Positions 1 to 9,892 are shown, counted from the stretch's first letter. The stretch is DNA of 22,356 nucleotides from Pseudomonadota bacterium (GCA_031416315.1 JANOTL010000006.1:1-22356), one strand, 5' to 3'. A program made the numbers and translations. The notes: a model not told the origin generated them from the letters alone.

Positions 1-1
1 T

Positions 2-451
2 AATGCGCCCGACCGATTCGGCGCTTCCGCCCCTCGGCGCTTCAGCGGTGGTACTGGGCGGACTTTTCATCGCTGAAGCGCCGAGGGGCGGAGGCGCTGA
101 GGGAGTTGTCGGGGGCGGAGGCGGCGTCGCCGGTTTCGCGGCCGGAGCGGCTTTTGCTTGGGGAGCGGTCTTCGCCGCGGGCGCGCCGATTTTCCCGTAG
201 TCGACCACCTCACCTGCCTCGCCGATCACGGCGATGGGTGTGCGCGTTGCGACGGTTTTCCCCGGCTGCACCAGGATCTTCAGCAGGACGCCTTCGGCCG
301 GCGACTCGTACTCCTGCGTCGCCTTGTCCGTCTCGATCTCCGCGAGCGGCTCGCCCTCGCGCACGGCCTCGCCCTCTTTCTTCAACCAGTTGGCGACGCC
401 ACCCTCTTCCATGGTGTCGCTGAGCTTCGGCATCTCGATTACGGTCGCCAT
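2..451 (-). CDS. pdhC: Pyruvate dehydrogenase E2 (dihydrolipoamide acetyltransferase), N-terminal part; runs off the window start
   Basis: Not in the ORF track because it has no stop in the window. Manual translation from ATG at 451 gives MATVIEMPKLSDTMEEGGVANWLKKEGEAVREGEPLAEIETDKATQEYESPAEGVLLKI, a lipoyl domain with the ETDKA lipoyl-lysine motif, followed by an Ala/Pro-rich linker. It lies directly downstream of pdhB. Confidence 0.96.
   Translation of the reverse strand, partial: MATVIEMPKLSDTMEEGGVANWLKKEGEAVREGEPLAEIETDKATQEYESPAEGVLLKILVQPGKTVATRTPIAVIGEAGEVVDYGKIGAPAAKTAPQAKAAPAAKPATPPPPPTTPSAPPPLGASAMKSPPSTTAEAPRGGSAESVGRI
21..97. repeat. Long inverted repeat (30-bp stem, 17-nt loop) inside the pdhC linker
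   Basis: 21-50 GCGCTTCCGCCCCTCGGCGCTTCAGCGGTG pairs with 68-97 CATCGCTGAAGCGCCGAGGGGCGGAGGCGC: 28 Watson-Crick pairs plus two G-T pairs (25/93 and 48/70). Confidence 0.92.
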
Positions 452-470
452 CTTCCAGCACTCCGGTCGG

Positions 471-1448
471 TCAGAGGTACATCACGTCTTTGACGGCTTG
501 GATCACCTTGTCGACGGAAGGCATCACCGCCTGCTCCAAATGCTCGGCGTAAGGCATGAGCACGAAGTCGCAGTGCACACGTTCCACCGGCGCGTCGAGC
601 TCGTCGAAGCAAGACCTGGTGACCCGATCCGCGATCTGGGCCGCGACGCTCGCGAAGCTCCAGGACTCGTCGACGACGACGCAGCGATGCGTCTTGCGAA
701 CGGACTCGAAGATCAACTCTTCGTCCAAAGGCTGCAGCGTGCGCGGGTCTATGACCTCCGCGTCGATCCCCATCTCGGCGAGCTTCTCGGCTGCCTCCAT
801 GCAGAGGTGCAGCATCTTGTTCCACGCGATCAAGGTGACGTCCTTGCCGGCCCGCTTGACGTCGCCCTTGCCGATCGGGATCAAGTACTCCTCGTCGGGG
901 ACCTCGCCCTTTAGGGCGTACATGATCTCGCTCTCGAGGAAGATGATCGGATTGTCGTCGCGGATGGCGCTTTTCAACAGGCCCTTCGCGTCGTACGGCG
1001 TCGACGGCGAGATCACCTTCAAGCCAGGGACGTTGGTGAGCATCGCCTCGTACGCCTGCGAGTGCTGCGCGCCGAGCATGTGCGCGGCGCCGTTCGGGCC
1101 GCGGAAGACGATCGGAATCTTGAACTGACCGGCGGACATGTAGCACATCTTCGCCGCGTGATTGACGATCTGGTCGAAGGCTTGAATACCGAAGTTCCAA
1201 GTCATCATCTCGATGATGGGACGCAGGCCGGCCATCGCCGCGCCGACGCCCAGGCCGGCGAAGCCGCCCTCGCTGATCGGGGAGTCCCAGACCCTTTTCG
1301 GGCCGAACTTGGCGAGCATGCCCTTCGAGACCTTGTAGGCACCGTCGTATTGCGCAACCTCCTCCCCCATCAGGAAGACGTTGGCGTCGCGCTCCATCTC
1401 TTCGATCATCGCTTGGCCCAGGGCCTCGCGCATTTGGATCATCGCCAT
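471..1448 (-). CDS. pdhB: Pyruvate dehydrogenase E1 beta subunit
   Basis: 325 aa with MGEEVAQYDGAYKVSKG, DSPISEGGF, NHAAKMCYMSAGQ, AQHSQ and EVIDPRTL motifs; sits between E1 alpha and E2. Confidence 0.97.
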   Translation of the reverse strand: MAMIQMREALGQAMIEEMERDANVFLMGEEVAQYDGAYKVSKGMLAKFGPKRVWDSPISEGGFAGLGVGAAMAGLRPIIEMMTWNFGIQAFDQIVNHAAKMCYMSAGQFKIPIVFRGPNGAAHMLGAQHSQAYEAMLTNVPGLKVISPSTPYDAKGLLKSAIRDDNPIIFLESEIMYALKGEVPDEEYLIPIGKGDVKRAGKDVTLIAWNKMLHLCMEAAEKLAEMGIDAEVIDPRTLQPLDEELIFESVRKTHRCVVVDESWSFASVAAQIADRVTRSCFDELDAPVERVHCDFVLMPYAEHLEQAVMPSVDKVIQAVKDVMYL

Positions 1449-1449
1449 G

Positions 1450-2421
<972 letters not shown>

Positions 2422-2583
2422 GGGGGACCTTCTCGAAGGAGCGGGGGAAACCACCGGGACTGAGCGGGAATCCTACCTCACGCATCCCGGGGAATCACGC
2501 GGGATCTCTCGGCCAAGGTGCAGGCCGCTGCGATGCCCGTCTCGTCGGCGCTGGCGCCGGAAGGCTCCATGATCGCGCATTTC

Positions 2584-2592
2584 TGGTAGCCT
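2584..2592 (+). promoter_or_regulatory. Putative extended -10 promoter (TGgTAGCCT) just upstream of the SBP start codon
   Basis: TGn-TAnnnT ends 6 nt before ATG 2599, with no strong Shine-Dalgarno in between; consistent with a leaderless transcript. Confidence 0.4.
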
Positions 2593-2598
2593 TAGGCG

Positions 2599-3333
2599 AT
2601 GCGCTTGCGTCTTGCCATCGCCCTTCTCGCGGTCTTCGCCGGGCTCCCCGCCACTGGCGCGGAGCTGCGGATCGCTTACGGGGACACGGGGTTTGCGCCG
2701 TTCTCCTTTCGCGAGGGCGAGGCCAAGCTCGGGATCTACGACCGGCTGATCAAGGCCATCGCCGCGGAGACGGGGGACTCTTTCCGTATCGCCTACCTCC
2801 CGCAAAACCGGAAGTACCGCGCGTTTGAGGAAGGCCGCATCGACATCGAGCCCGGCGTGAACCCGGAGTGGCGGGAGCGCTGGAAGGATGTCTCGGTCTA
2901 TAGCGAGCCGTTCATGGAGGTCGAGGACGTCCTCATCTCGCAGCAGGACGTGCCGCCATTCCGCGCTCCCGAAGAGCTGATCGGGAAGAGCCTCGGCACC
3001 CAGACGGGCTATTCCTATCCGGAGCTCGAGGCGTTCTTCAAAGACGGGCGCATCAGAAGGGACGACGCCGCCGACGAGCAGACGATGATCGCGAAGCTGG
3101 CGAAGAAGCGGATCGACGCCGGGGTCCTCTGGCGCACGATCGCCGAGTGGCACCTGCGCAACGACCCCCAGGGCGCGAGGTTCTCGATCGGCGGGTCAAT
3201 CAACGCGAAGTCGGTGCACTTCCGCTTCCGGGCGGTCCCGGAGCTGAAAGAAGCCTTGGACCGCTTCAATCGCGCCTTAGTCGAGTTCAAGGCCAACGGG
3301 CGCATGAAAGCGATTTTCGACGAGTACCGTTAG
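2599..3333 (+). CDS. Periplasmic substrate-binding protein (SBP_bac_3-like), orphan
   Basis: Signal peptide, then GFAPFSF, GIYDRLIKAI, GTQTGYSYP and a C-terminal FNRALVEFKANGRMKAIFDEY helix typical of family-3 SBPs. No permease or ATPase gene adjacent. Confidence 0.85.
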   Translation: MRLRLAIALLAVFAGLPATGAELRIAYGDTGFAPFSFREGEAKLGIYDRLIKAIAAETGDSFRIAYLPQNRKYRAFEEGRIDIEPGVNPEWRERWKDVSVYSEPFMEVEDVLISQQDVPPFRAPEELIGKSLGTQTGYSYPELEAFFKDGRIRRDDAADEQTMIAKLAKKRIDAGVLWRTIAEWHLRNDPQGARFSIGGSINAKSVHFRFRAVPELKEALDRFNRALVEFKANGRMKAIFDEYR

Positions 3334-3343
3334 CCTTTCGCTC

Positions 3344-4600
3344 CTAGCCTTGGAAGCTTTTCATGATGATCGTGGCGTTCGTGCCGCCGAACCCGAACGA
3401 GTTCGACATCGCATAGCGCAGCTTCCGCTCTTTCGGCACCAGCGGCGTGTAGTCGAGAGCGCACTCCGGATCGGGCGTGCGCAAGCTCGCGGTCGGCGGC
3501 ACGAGCCCGTTGTGCACCGCCAGCGCGGTGTAGACCGCCTCGATGCCGCCGGCGGCGCCGAGGCAGTGGCCGGTCACGCCCTTCGTCGACGAGATCGAGA
3601 TGCCGTCGGCATGGCCGCCGAACACGGTGCGAATCGCTTGGCTCTCGTATTTGTCGTTGAGCTCGGTGGAGGTGCCGTGCGCATTGATGTAGTCGACCGC
3701 GTCAGGGCCGACGCCGGCCGAGCGCAGGGCGGCACGCATGCAGCGTTGCGCGCCTTCGCCCCCGGGCGGCGGCGCGGTGATGTGAAACGCGTCGCTCGAC
3801 ATTCCGTACCCGACGACCTCGGCGTAGATCTTCGCGCCGCGACGGCGGGCGTGCTCGAGCTCTTCCAGGACAAGAACGCCAGAGCCTTCACCCATGACGA
3901 AGCCGTTGCGGTTCAAGTCGAACGGCCTCGACGCTTGTGCTGGATCGTCGTTGGTCGTGCTTAAGGCTTTCAGGGCCGCGAAAGCCGCTATGCCCAGCTT
4001 GGAGACCGCCGACTCCGCCCCGCCGGCAACCATGACGTCGGCCATGCCGTTGCGGATCTGGAGGAGCGCCTCGCCGACGGCGTGCGTGCCGGAAGCACAG
4101 GCGGTCGTCGGACAGATATTTGGGCCGCGGAGTTGGAACGTGCGTGAAACGAGACCAGCCGCCATGTTGGCGATGCAGTAAGGCATGAAGAAGGGTGAGA
4201 TTCTCTTCGGGCCTTGGTTCAGCAGGATGATCGTGTTGTTCTCGATCTCCTCGATGCCGCCGATACCGACGCCGATCGAGGTGCCCCAGAGGTCGCGCTC
4301 GGGGTTACCGGCACCCTCGGCGATGCGGCCGCCGAGTCCCGCGTCGGCCATCGCCTCGCGCGCCGCGGCGACCGCGAACTGCACGAACCGCGTCACGCGC
4401 CGCGCCACTTTCGCGTCGAGGACGTCGCCGACCTCGAAGGTCTCGACCGTGGCCGCGATCTTCACGTTGAGATCGGAGGCGTCGAAATGCGTGATGCGCT
4501 TGACGCCCGAGCGACCCTCGAGCGCTGCGTTCCATGCTTCGCGCACGGAGCTGCCGCAAGCCGTCACCATGCCGAGCCCCGTGACCACCACACGTCTCAT
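3344..4600 (-). CDS. fabF: Beta-ketoacyl-ACP synthase II
   Basis: MRRVVVTGLG start, TTACASG (catalytic Cys), NAHGTST and KGVTGHCLG (catalytic His residues), SNSFGFGGTN. Start at ATG 4600 after GAGGTG; ATG 4615 is an alternative. Confidence 0.96.
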   Translation of the reverse strand: MRRVVVTGLGMVTACGSSVREAWNAALEGRSGVKRITHFDASDLNVKIAATVETFEVGDVLDAKVARRVTRFVQFAVAAAREAMADAGLGGRIAEGAGNPERDLWGTSIGVGIGGIEEIENNTIILLNQGPKRISPFFMPYCIANMAAGLVSRTFQLRGPNICPTTACASGTHAVGEALLQIRNGMADVMVAGGAESAVSKLGIAAFAALKALSTTNDDPAQASRPFDLNRNGFVMGEGSGVLVLEELEHARRRGAKIYAEVVGYGMSSDAFHITAPPPGGEGAQRCMRAALRSAGVGPDAVDYINAHGTSTELNDKYESQAIRTVFGGHADGISISSTKGVTGHCLGAAGGIEAVYTALAVHNGLVPPTASLRTPDPECALDYTPLVPKERKLRYAMSNSFGFGGTNATIIMKSFQG

Positions 4601-4632
4601 GCTCACCTCTTTCATGGTCCTTCCGCCGAGAC

Positions 4633-4662
4633 AATATAGGCGCTTACGTCGTGGCGTCGCAA
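4633..4662 (-). promoter_or_regulatory. Putative sigma70 promoter for fabF
   Basis: Minus strand TTGCGA-18 nt-TATATT, ending about 32 nt upstream of ATG 4600. Confidence 0.5.
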
Positions 4663-4714
4663 GGGAAATGGGCCGCGTTTCGGAAGCACACATTCATGTT
4701 TAGACTCGGTTTAC

Positions 4715-5518
4715 CTAGAACATAAAGCCGACGCGGAGCAGCGTGACGTAGGGGATCGTCTCGGAGGCGATCTTCTTCAGGGCGTCCCGCGTCTTCTCTT
4801 TTTGGTCAAGATAGACTTTCGACTTCTTGACCTCGGCCTCTTCGGCCGCCGTCAGATTCTTGAACGTCACGTCGAGCTCGGTGTGCGACTTCACCGCGAG
4901 CTGCGCGCCGAGCTCGAAGCCGATCGTCAGGCCCATCTCCCAGATCGAGAAGAAGCCCAGGTGCGGCGTCCAGTAAGTCGTCTCCGCCTCGGCTTCGAAC
5001 TCCGTCGGGACCTTCGTCACGGCGCCGCCGACCGTGGTCTTCAAGGTCATGGCGGCGTTCGCCGAGACCTTTTGCGTCCCGTAGGCGGCGCCGAGAAAGA
5101 AGCTCGTCTTGAACGGGAACCAGCGGAGCCGCGCGTCGACGTTCGAGATCTCGGCTGACAGGGGCTTGAAGGTCTCGACCTTGGTCTTGCCGGTCGCGAT
5201 GGCGAAGCCGATCGTGTTCTCCCACAGGACGTCGATGCCGTAGTTGACGAGGTGCGGAAAGCCGAGCGCGAACGTCGGGCCCACGCGCACCGGGCCAAGG
5301 AGGCCGCCGGGCTCTTTGCCTTCGTCCCAGCTCGCATTCTTTTCGGTCGGCTTGTCGGCCGTGGCGTCGGAGGTCGCCGCGGCGGCATCGGCCGGTGCGG
5401 GGGTCGCCATGTTGACCTCGCCGCCCGTGGGTCCAGCGGCCGGCGTTGGGGGGGCGGACTGCGCCAGGGCGCTGCCGGACGCCCAGATGATCAAGCTCAG
5501 AACGGTCCAGCGCCGCAT
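4715..5518 (-). CDS. Hypothetical exported protein, probable outer-membrane beta-barrel
   Basis: Signal peptide ending ALA-Q, Ala/Pro-rich N-terminus, amphipathic strands (LRWFPF, FFLGAAYG, GLTIGFELGAQ) and C-terminal LRVGFMF (Bam-type terminal Phe). RBS GGGAG. Confidence 0.7.
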   Translation of the reverse strand: MRRWTVLSLIIWASGSALAQSAPPTPAAGPTGGEVNMATPAPADAAAATSDATADKPTEKNASWDEGKEPGGLLGPVRVGPTFALGFPHLVNYGIDVLWENTIGFAIATGKTKVETFKPLSAEISNVDARLRWFPFKTSFFLGAAYGTQKVSANAAMTLKTTVGGAVTKVPTEFEAEAETTYWTPHLGFFSIWEMGLTIGFELGAQLAVKSHTELDVTFKNLTAAEEAEVKKSKVYLDQKEKTRDALKKIASETIPYVTLLRVGFMF

Positions 5519-5561
5519 GTGCGTACTCCCGCGTAAGGGTCGGAGTTCGCGCTATCTTCCC

Positions 5562-6782
5562 TTAGGCGCGGTGCCGACGCCAGCCGAAAGCGCGGCCGAT
5601 CAAGGGCAGGTTCGCCGGATCGATGGTGCTCTCCGAAGGCGGTAGCCGATTCTTCTGGAAGACGAGGAAGAGCCCGAGCGTGAAGAGGACCAGGTTCGGC
5701 AGCCATGCGGCTACGGGTACGTCGACGCGCCCATTTTCGGCGAGCCACTTCGTGCCCATCATCAGGACGTAGCCGACGATGATCGTGACGATCACTCCGA
5801 CGTAGGCTCCGCTCTTGCCGCGGCGCGGATCTGAGACCCCGAGCACCATGCCGAAAAAAGCGAAGGTCACCGTGGCAAAGGGCGCCGCGATGCGCTGATG
5901 CAGGAGGTAGCGCGCGCGCCGGTAGAGACTCTCGTCGCGCGCCGGATTGGCCGCGAGCTCGCCGACGAAGCGCCAGAGCTCGGTGGGCGGAATGCTGCGA
6001 AAGTCGTCGTCGGCGGCGTCGGCGCCCAGGATCTGCTCCTGGAAGATCCTGAGGAGGTCGATCTCGGCGTGGTTGAACTTCAAGATCGAGGTCTGCCCGC
6101 CGCCCGGTCCGAAGGCCTGACCGCCATAAGCGACGCCGTAATCGAGGATCATGCGCAGGTCGCCCGTCTCCACGGCGCCGCTGATCGAGCCGGTGGGCGC
6201 GAGGAGCGTGAAGCCGCCGCCGCCCTCCTTCTCGTTCGTCGGCGCGAGGAGCACGTTTTCGAACTTCGAGCGGTCCGCGGAGATCTTCTCGGCGTAAAGG
6301 ACGTAGCCGAGAAAGTCGTCGAGGAAGACCCCCGACTGCAGCTTGTACTTGATCATGTTGTCGAGCTCGGTCTGCGTCTTCCGGTAAAGGAATTGCACCA
6401 TCTCACGACGACCCCAGGCCTCGAGGTTCAAGGCGCAAAACGCGGCAACGCCATACAGCGTCGTCGCGACGAGCATCACGGGCACGGCGGCGCGCGCGAG
6501 CGAGTAGCCGGCAGCCAGGAGCCCCGGATACTCGCCGTCTGCCGACAGGCGCCCGAAGGTCAGCATCACCGAGAACAGATAGGCCATGGGAATGGTGAGC
6601 GAGATGAACGGCAGGATGATGTACAGGAACGGCAAAAACACGTTCTCGAGGGAGAGGCCAAAAGTAACCAGCACCTCTGATAACCGAACGAGCTGCGAGA
6701 CGACGATGATCGAGCAGATGACGATCAGTGCCGACAGAAACTGCGGGATCAGCTCTTTCAGAAGGTACCGGAAGACGAGAAT
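5562..6782 (-). CDS. LptF/LptG-family LPS export ABC permease
   Basis: FRYLLKE start, TIPMAYLFSVMLTFGRLSADGEY, periplasmic domain, HQRIAAPFA and AAWLPN. The start is uncertain: ATT 6782 is proposed, while the ORF track gives 6824/6821. Confidence 0.9.
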   Translation of the reverse strand: MLVFRYLLKELIPQFLSALIVICSIIVVSQLVRLSEVLVTFGLSLENVFLPFLYIILPFISLTIPMAYLFSVMLTFGRLSADGEYPGLLAAGYSLARAAVPVMLVATTLYGVAAFCALNLEAWGRREMVQFLYRKTQTELDNMIKYKLQSGVFLDDFLGYVLYAEKISADRSKFENVLLAPTNEKEGGGGFTLLAPTGSISGAVETGDLRMILDYGVAYGGQAFGPGGGQTSILKFNHAEIDLLRIFQEQILGADAADDDFRSIPPTELWRFVGELAANPARDESLYRRARYLLHQRIAAPFATVTFAFFGMVLGVSDPRRGKSGAYVGVIVTIIVGYVLMMGTKWLAENGRVDVPVAAWLPNLVLFTLGLFLVFQKNRLPPSESTIDPANLPLIGRAFGWRRHRA

Positions 6783-6866
6783 GGCGCCGCCCCCTGTTGT
6801 CGCGCTACAATACCACCACATCAACGTATCGCATCATTCGTTCGCCTCGCCCAGGTTAGTCCTAGC

Positions 6867-8072
6867 GTGACCACCCGCTCGCCTTCACAAACCTTGCTCG
6901 TCGTCTTCGCGGCCCTCGCAGGGATCGCCGTCACTGCGTTTCGGGGCGAGGCCCGCGACGGCACCGTTCCAACAGCCGCGCCAGGCCTTCCGGCCGTGCC
7001 GATGGATATTCCGGCGGCCCGTGCGGACGGCATCATCTATCTGAGCGGTCCAGACGGCCGCGAGCGGCCAACGACGCTCAACCCGTTGATGCAGGCCGAG
7101 TTGACGCGCTTCCTCGCGGACGGCCGCGCCCCGGTGGCAGCCATCGTGATGACCGACGTGCGCACCGGCTCGGTGCTGGCCATGGCCCAGGGGCAAGACC
7201 CCAAAGCGTGGGGCGCCAAGACGCACACGGCACTGCACAAGAGCTTTCCGGCTGCATCCATCTTCAAGACCGTAGTCACGGCAGCGGCGCTGGAGATCGC
7301 GGATTTCGATCCGACCGCCTCGCTCAACCTGAGCGGCGGCTGCGCGCGGGTCCGCGAGTCGGGTGAGTGGCTCACCGACCGGGATTCCGGCAAGGCTTCC
7401 GAAATGAGCCTGCGCCGCGCCTTCGGCAAGTCGTGCAACGGCTACTACGCCAAGATCGCGCTCAGCCATCTGGGTCTAGGCCCCATTCTGACCTTCGCCC
7501 GGCGGTTCGGCTGGGAGAGCGGCATTGGCGCCGACTTCCAGGTCGAGAAGAGCCCGATGCTCCTGCCCACCGCCACGACCTCGAGCGCGCATACGGTCGG
7601 AAGCTTCGCGGCTGGCTTCGGCCTGGTCGGCCTGAGCGCCGTGCACGGGGCTTGGATGATGCAGGCGATCGCCAACGAAGGCCTGGCCAAGCCCTTGCGG
7701 CTCTTCCGCGACACGCCGATTCCGGGGGAAGGCGCGGGCGACCGCGTCGTCACGGTCGACACGGCGCGTAAGCTGCTCCAGCTTATGGATTCCAGCGTTC
7801 GCGGCGGCACGGCCTCTTTCGCCTTCCGCCGCGGCAAGTACAAGAAGCTGCAGCACCTCGTCGGTGGCAAGACGGGCACTCTGACCGGCATGAACCCCAA
7901 GGGGATCACGACCTGGTTTACGGGGCTCGCCCCGCTCGACCGCCCCGAGGTCGCGGTCTCGGCGGTCGTGGTGCTCGAAGATCACTGGCGCGTGAAAGGC
8001 CCCTTGCTTGCGGCCGAGGGTCTGTACCAGTATTTCGAGAATCGGCCGGAGCTCGCCTCCGTGCTGAAATGA
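6867..8072 (+). CDS. Penicillin-binding protein, transpeptidase domain only
   Basis: All three active-site motifs are present: SxxK (ASIFK), SxN (KSCN) and KTG (GKTGT). It has an N-terminal signal/anchor and no transglycosylase or large pedestal domain. Confidence 0.88.
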   Translation: MTTRSPSQTLLVVFAALAGIAVTAFRGEARDGTVPTAAPGLPAVPMDIPAARADGIIYLSGPDGRERPTTLNPLMQAELTRFLADGRAPVAAIVMTDVRTGSVLAMAQGQDPKAWGAKTHTALHKSFPAASIFKTVVTAAALEIADFDPTASLNLSGGCARVRESGEWLTDRDSGKASEMSLRRAFGKSCNGYYAKIALSHLGLGPILTFARRFGWESGIGADFQVEKSPMLLPTATTSSAHTVGSFAAGFGLVGLSAVHGAWMMQAIANEGLAKPLRLFRDTPIPGEGAGDRVVTVDTARKLLQLMDSSVRGGTASFAFRRGKYKKLQHLVGGKTGTLTGMNPKGITTWFTGLAPLDRPEVAVSAVVVLEDHWRVKGPLLAAEGLYQYFENRPELASVLK

Positions 8073-8082
8073 CGTCTGTCAT

Positions 8083-9069
8083 TTGCCGGAGGTTCGCGTG
8101 GCCGCCCAGACCATCCCCGTCGTCAATCTCACGGAATTCGCCGCGGGCGGGGTCCGCCGCGAGCGCTTCATCAAGGCGGTGGGCGACGCGCTCGTCGATA
8201 CGGGCTTTTTCGCGCTCGAAGGCCACGGCGTCGACTCGGCCTTGATCGAGCGCTCCTATGCTTTGGCGGAGACCTTCTTCACGCTGCCCGAAGCGACGAA
8301 ACGCAAGTACGAGGTCCCCGGGCTCGCCGGTCAGCGCGGCTACACCAGCTTCGGAAAAGAGCACGCCAAGGACTCCAAGGCTCCGGATCTGAAGGAGTTT
8401 TGGCACGTCGGGCAGGAGCTCTTCGCGGGTCACCGGCTGGCGAAGGAGTATCCGCCGAACGTCTGGCCGTCAGGTCCTGGCGTCGACGCTTTCAAACGCA
8501 CCTTTCTCGACCTCTTCCAGCGATTGGAGGACTGCTCGCTCAAGCTGCTCGAAGCTTGCGCGATCTACGTCGGCGAGGCGCCCGACCGGTTCTCCAGCAT
8601 CGCGACCGACGGCAACACGATCCTACGCGTGATCCACTACCCGCCCCTGCCGCCGGACGCGCATCCCGCCTCGATCCGCGCGGCGGCTCACGAGGACATC
8701 AACCTCATCACGCTCCTGTGCGAAGCGACCGCCGGCGGGCTCGAGCTTCTGGAGCGCAACGGCACGTGGCGGCCGATCCACGCGCTCAAAGGCCAGATCA
8801 TCGTCGACGCCGGCGACATGCTCCAGAACATCACCAACGGTTTTTACAAGAGCACGACGCATCGGGTCGTGAACCCCGACAACTCGCGCGAGCGTCGCTT
8901 CTCGATGCCGTTCTTTCTGCATCCGCGCTCGGAGGCGAGCCTCGATCCGCTGCCGGGCTGCGTCGCGCGCACGGGCGGGACGAAGACGTATCCGCCGATC
9001 ACGGCCGGCGCGTACCTGGCGCAGCGGCTCGCCGAGATCGGGCTCGTGTCCGGAAAGACACGCCCGTAA
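8083..9069 (+). CDS. 2-oxoglutarate/Fe(II)-dependent oxygenase (IPNS/DIOX family)
   Basis: DIOX_N-like IPVVNL...GFFALEGHGV, HxD (AHED), distal His (TTHRV) and RxS (RFS). TTG start 10 nt after the PBP stop. Confidence 0.92.
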   Translation: MPEVRVAAQTIPVVNLTEFAAGGVRRERFIKAVGDALVDTGFFALEGHGVDSALIERSYALAETFFTLPEATKRKYEVPGLAGQRGYTSFGKEHAKDSKAPDLKEFWHVGQELFAGHRLAKEYPPNVWPSGPGVDAFKRTFLDLFQRLEDCSLKLLEACAIYVGEAPDRFSSIATDGNTILRVIHYPPLPPDAHPASIRAAAHEDINLITLLCEATAGGLELLERNGTWRPIHALKGQIIVDAGDMLQNITNGFYKSTTHRVVNPDNSRERRFSMPFFLHPRSEASLDPLPGCVARTGGTKTYPPITAGAYLAQRLAEIGLVSGKTRP

Positions 9070-9113
9070 GTGACGGGTCGCGTCGCGACCTCCGGATTTC
9101 AGCCGAAGCGGCG

Positions 9114-9122
9114 TGATACAAT
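9114..9122 (+). promoter_or_regulatory. Putative extended -10 promoter (TGaTACAAT)
   Basis: Near-consensus TGn-TATAAT ending 5 nt before ATG 9128, with no Shine-Dalgarno in between. Confidence 0.55.
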
Positions 9123-9127
9123 CCGGT

Positions 9128-9877
9128 ATGCGCCGTTTTTTCCTCCACTCTCTCGCGCTCCTTTTCGTGGCCGGCTCCGCGGACGCGGCGACGTACCGCG
9201 TCGGACTCGCCGAGACGGGCTACGCGCCGTTCAGCTTCGCGAAGGACGACGCGCGCGTCGGCATCTTCCTCGAGATCCTGAACGCCGTCGGCAAGGTGAC
9301 CGGCGACAAGTTCGAGCCGGTGTTCGCGCCGACGGTGCGCTTGAAAGAGATGTTCGAGAAGGGTCGCATCGACATCGAGTGCGGCATCTCGCCCGAGTGG
9401 CGCAAAGACCAGGAGGCGATCTCCGTCTACTCCCGGCAGTTTGCGACGGTCGAGGACGTCATCATCTACCGCGAGGACGAGAAGCCAGGCACCTCGCCGC
9501 TCGCGCCTCTGGTCAAGGGCAAGAAGCCCGAAAAGCAGTACAAAGTCGGCACCGTCCGCGGCTACTTCTATCCGGCGGTCGAAGCGGCCTTCAAAGACCA
9601 GCGGCTCGTGCGCGAGGACGCGGACAACGAGGGCCAGCTCGTCGCGATGATGATGAAAAAGCGCGTCGACATGGTCCTGATCGGACTCTACGTCGCGCGC
9701 TTCTACATGAAGGTGAACAAGGACCACGGGCTCGCGATCGGCGAGGTGATCGGCAGCGCCAAAGTCTCTTTCCGCGTCCGGAAGGAAAAAGCGGACCTGC
9801 TGAAGCGGATGAACCCGGAGCTCGACAAGCTTGATAAGGCCGGCGAGCTGGACCGGATCTTCCGCAAGCAGCAGTAG
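9128..9877 (+). CDS. Periplasmic substrate-binding protein (SBP_bac_3-like), orphan paralog
   Basis: Signal peptide MRRFFLHSLALLFVAGSADA, then GYAPFSF, GRIDIECGISPEWR and GTVRGYFYP; clearly similar to 2599..3333. Confidence 0.85.
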   Translation: MRRFFLHSLALLFVAGSADAATYRVGLAETGYAPFSFAKDDARVGIFLEILNAVGKVTGDKFEPVFAPTVRLKEMFEKGRIDIECGISPEWRKDQEAISVYSRQFATVEDVIIYREDEKPGTSPLAPLVKGKKPEKQYKVGTVRGYFYPAVEAAFKDQRLVREDADNEGQLVAMMMKKRVDMVLIGLYVARFYMKVNKDHGLAIGEVIGSAKVSFRVRKEKADLLKRMNPELDKLDKAGELDRIFRKQQ

Positions 9878-9892
9878 TCCGCCCGGAAGGGC

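Noticed and set aside
6867..9069. Beta-lactam biosynthesis/self-resistance cluster (PBP plus IPNS-like enzyme)
   Set aside because: No ACV synthetase/NRPS or other beta-lactam genes are present in the window, and the oxygenase looks like the widespread generic 2OG-Fe(II) family.
9880..9891. GCCC-GGAA-GGGC hairpin between convergent SBP and nuclease genes as a terminator
   Set aside because: Only a 4-bp stem, with no U-tract on either strand.
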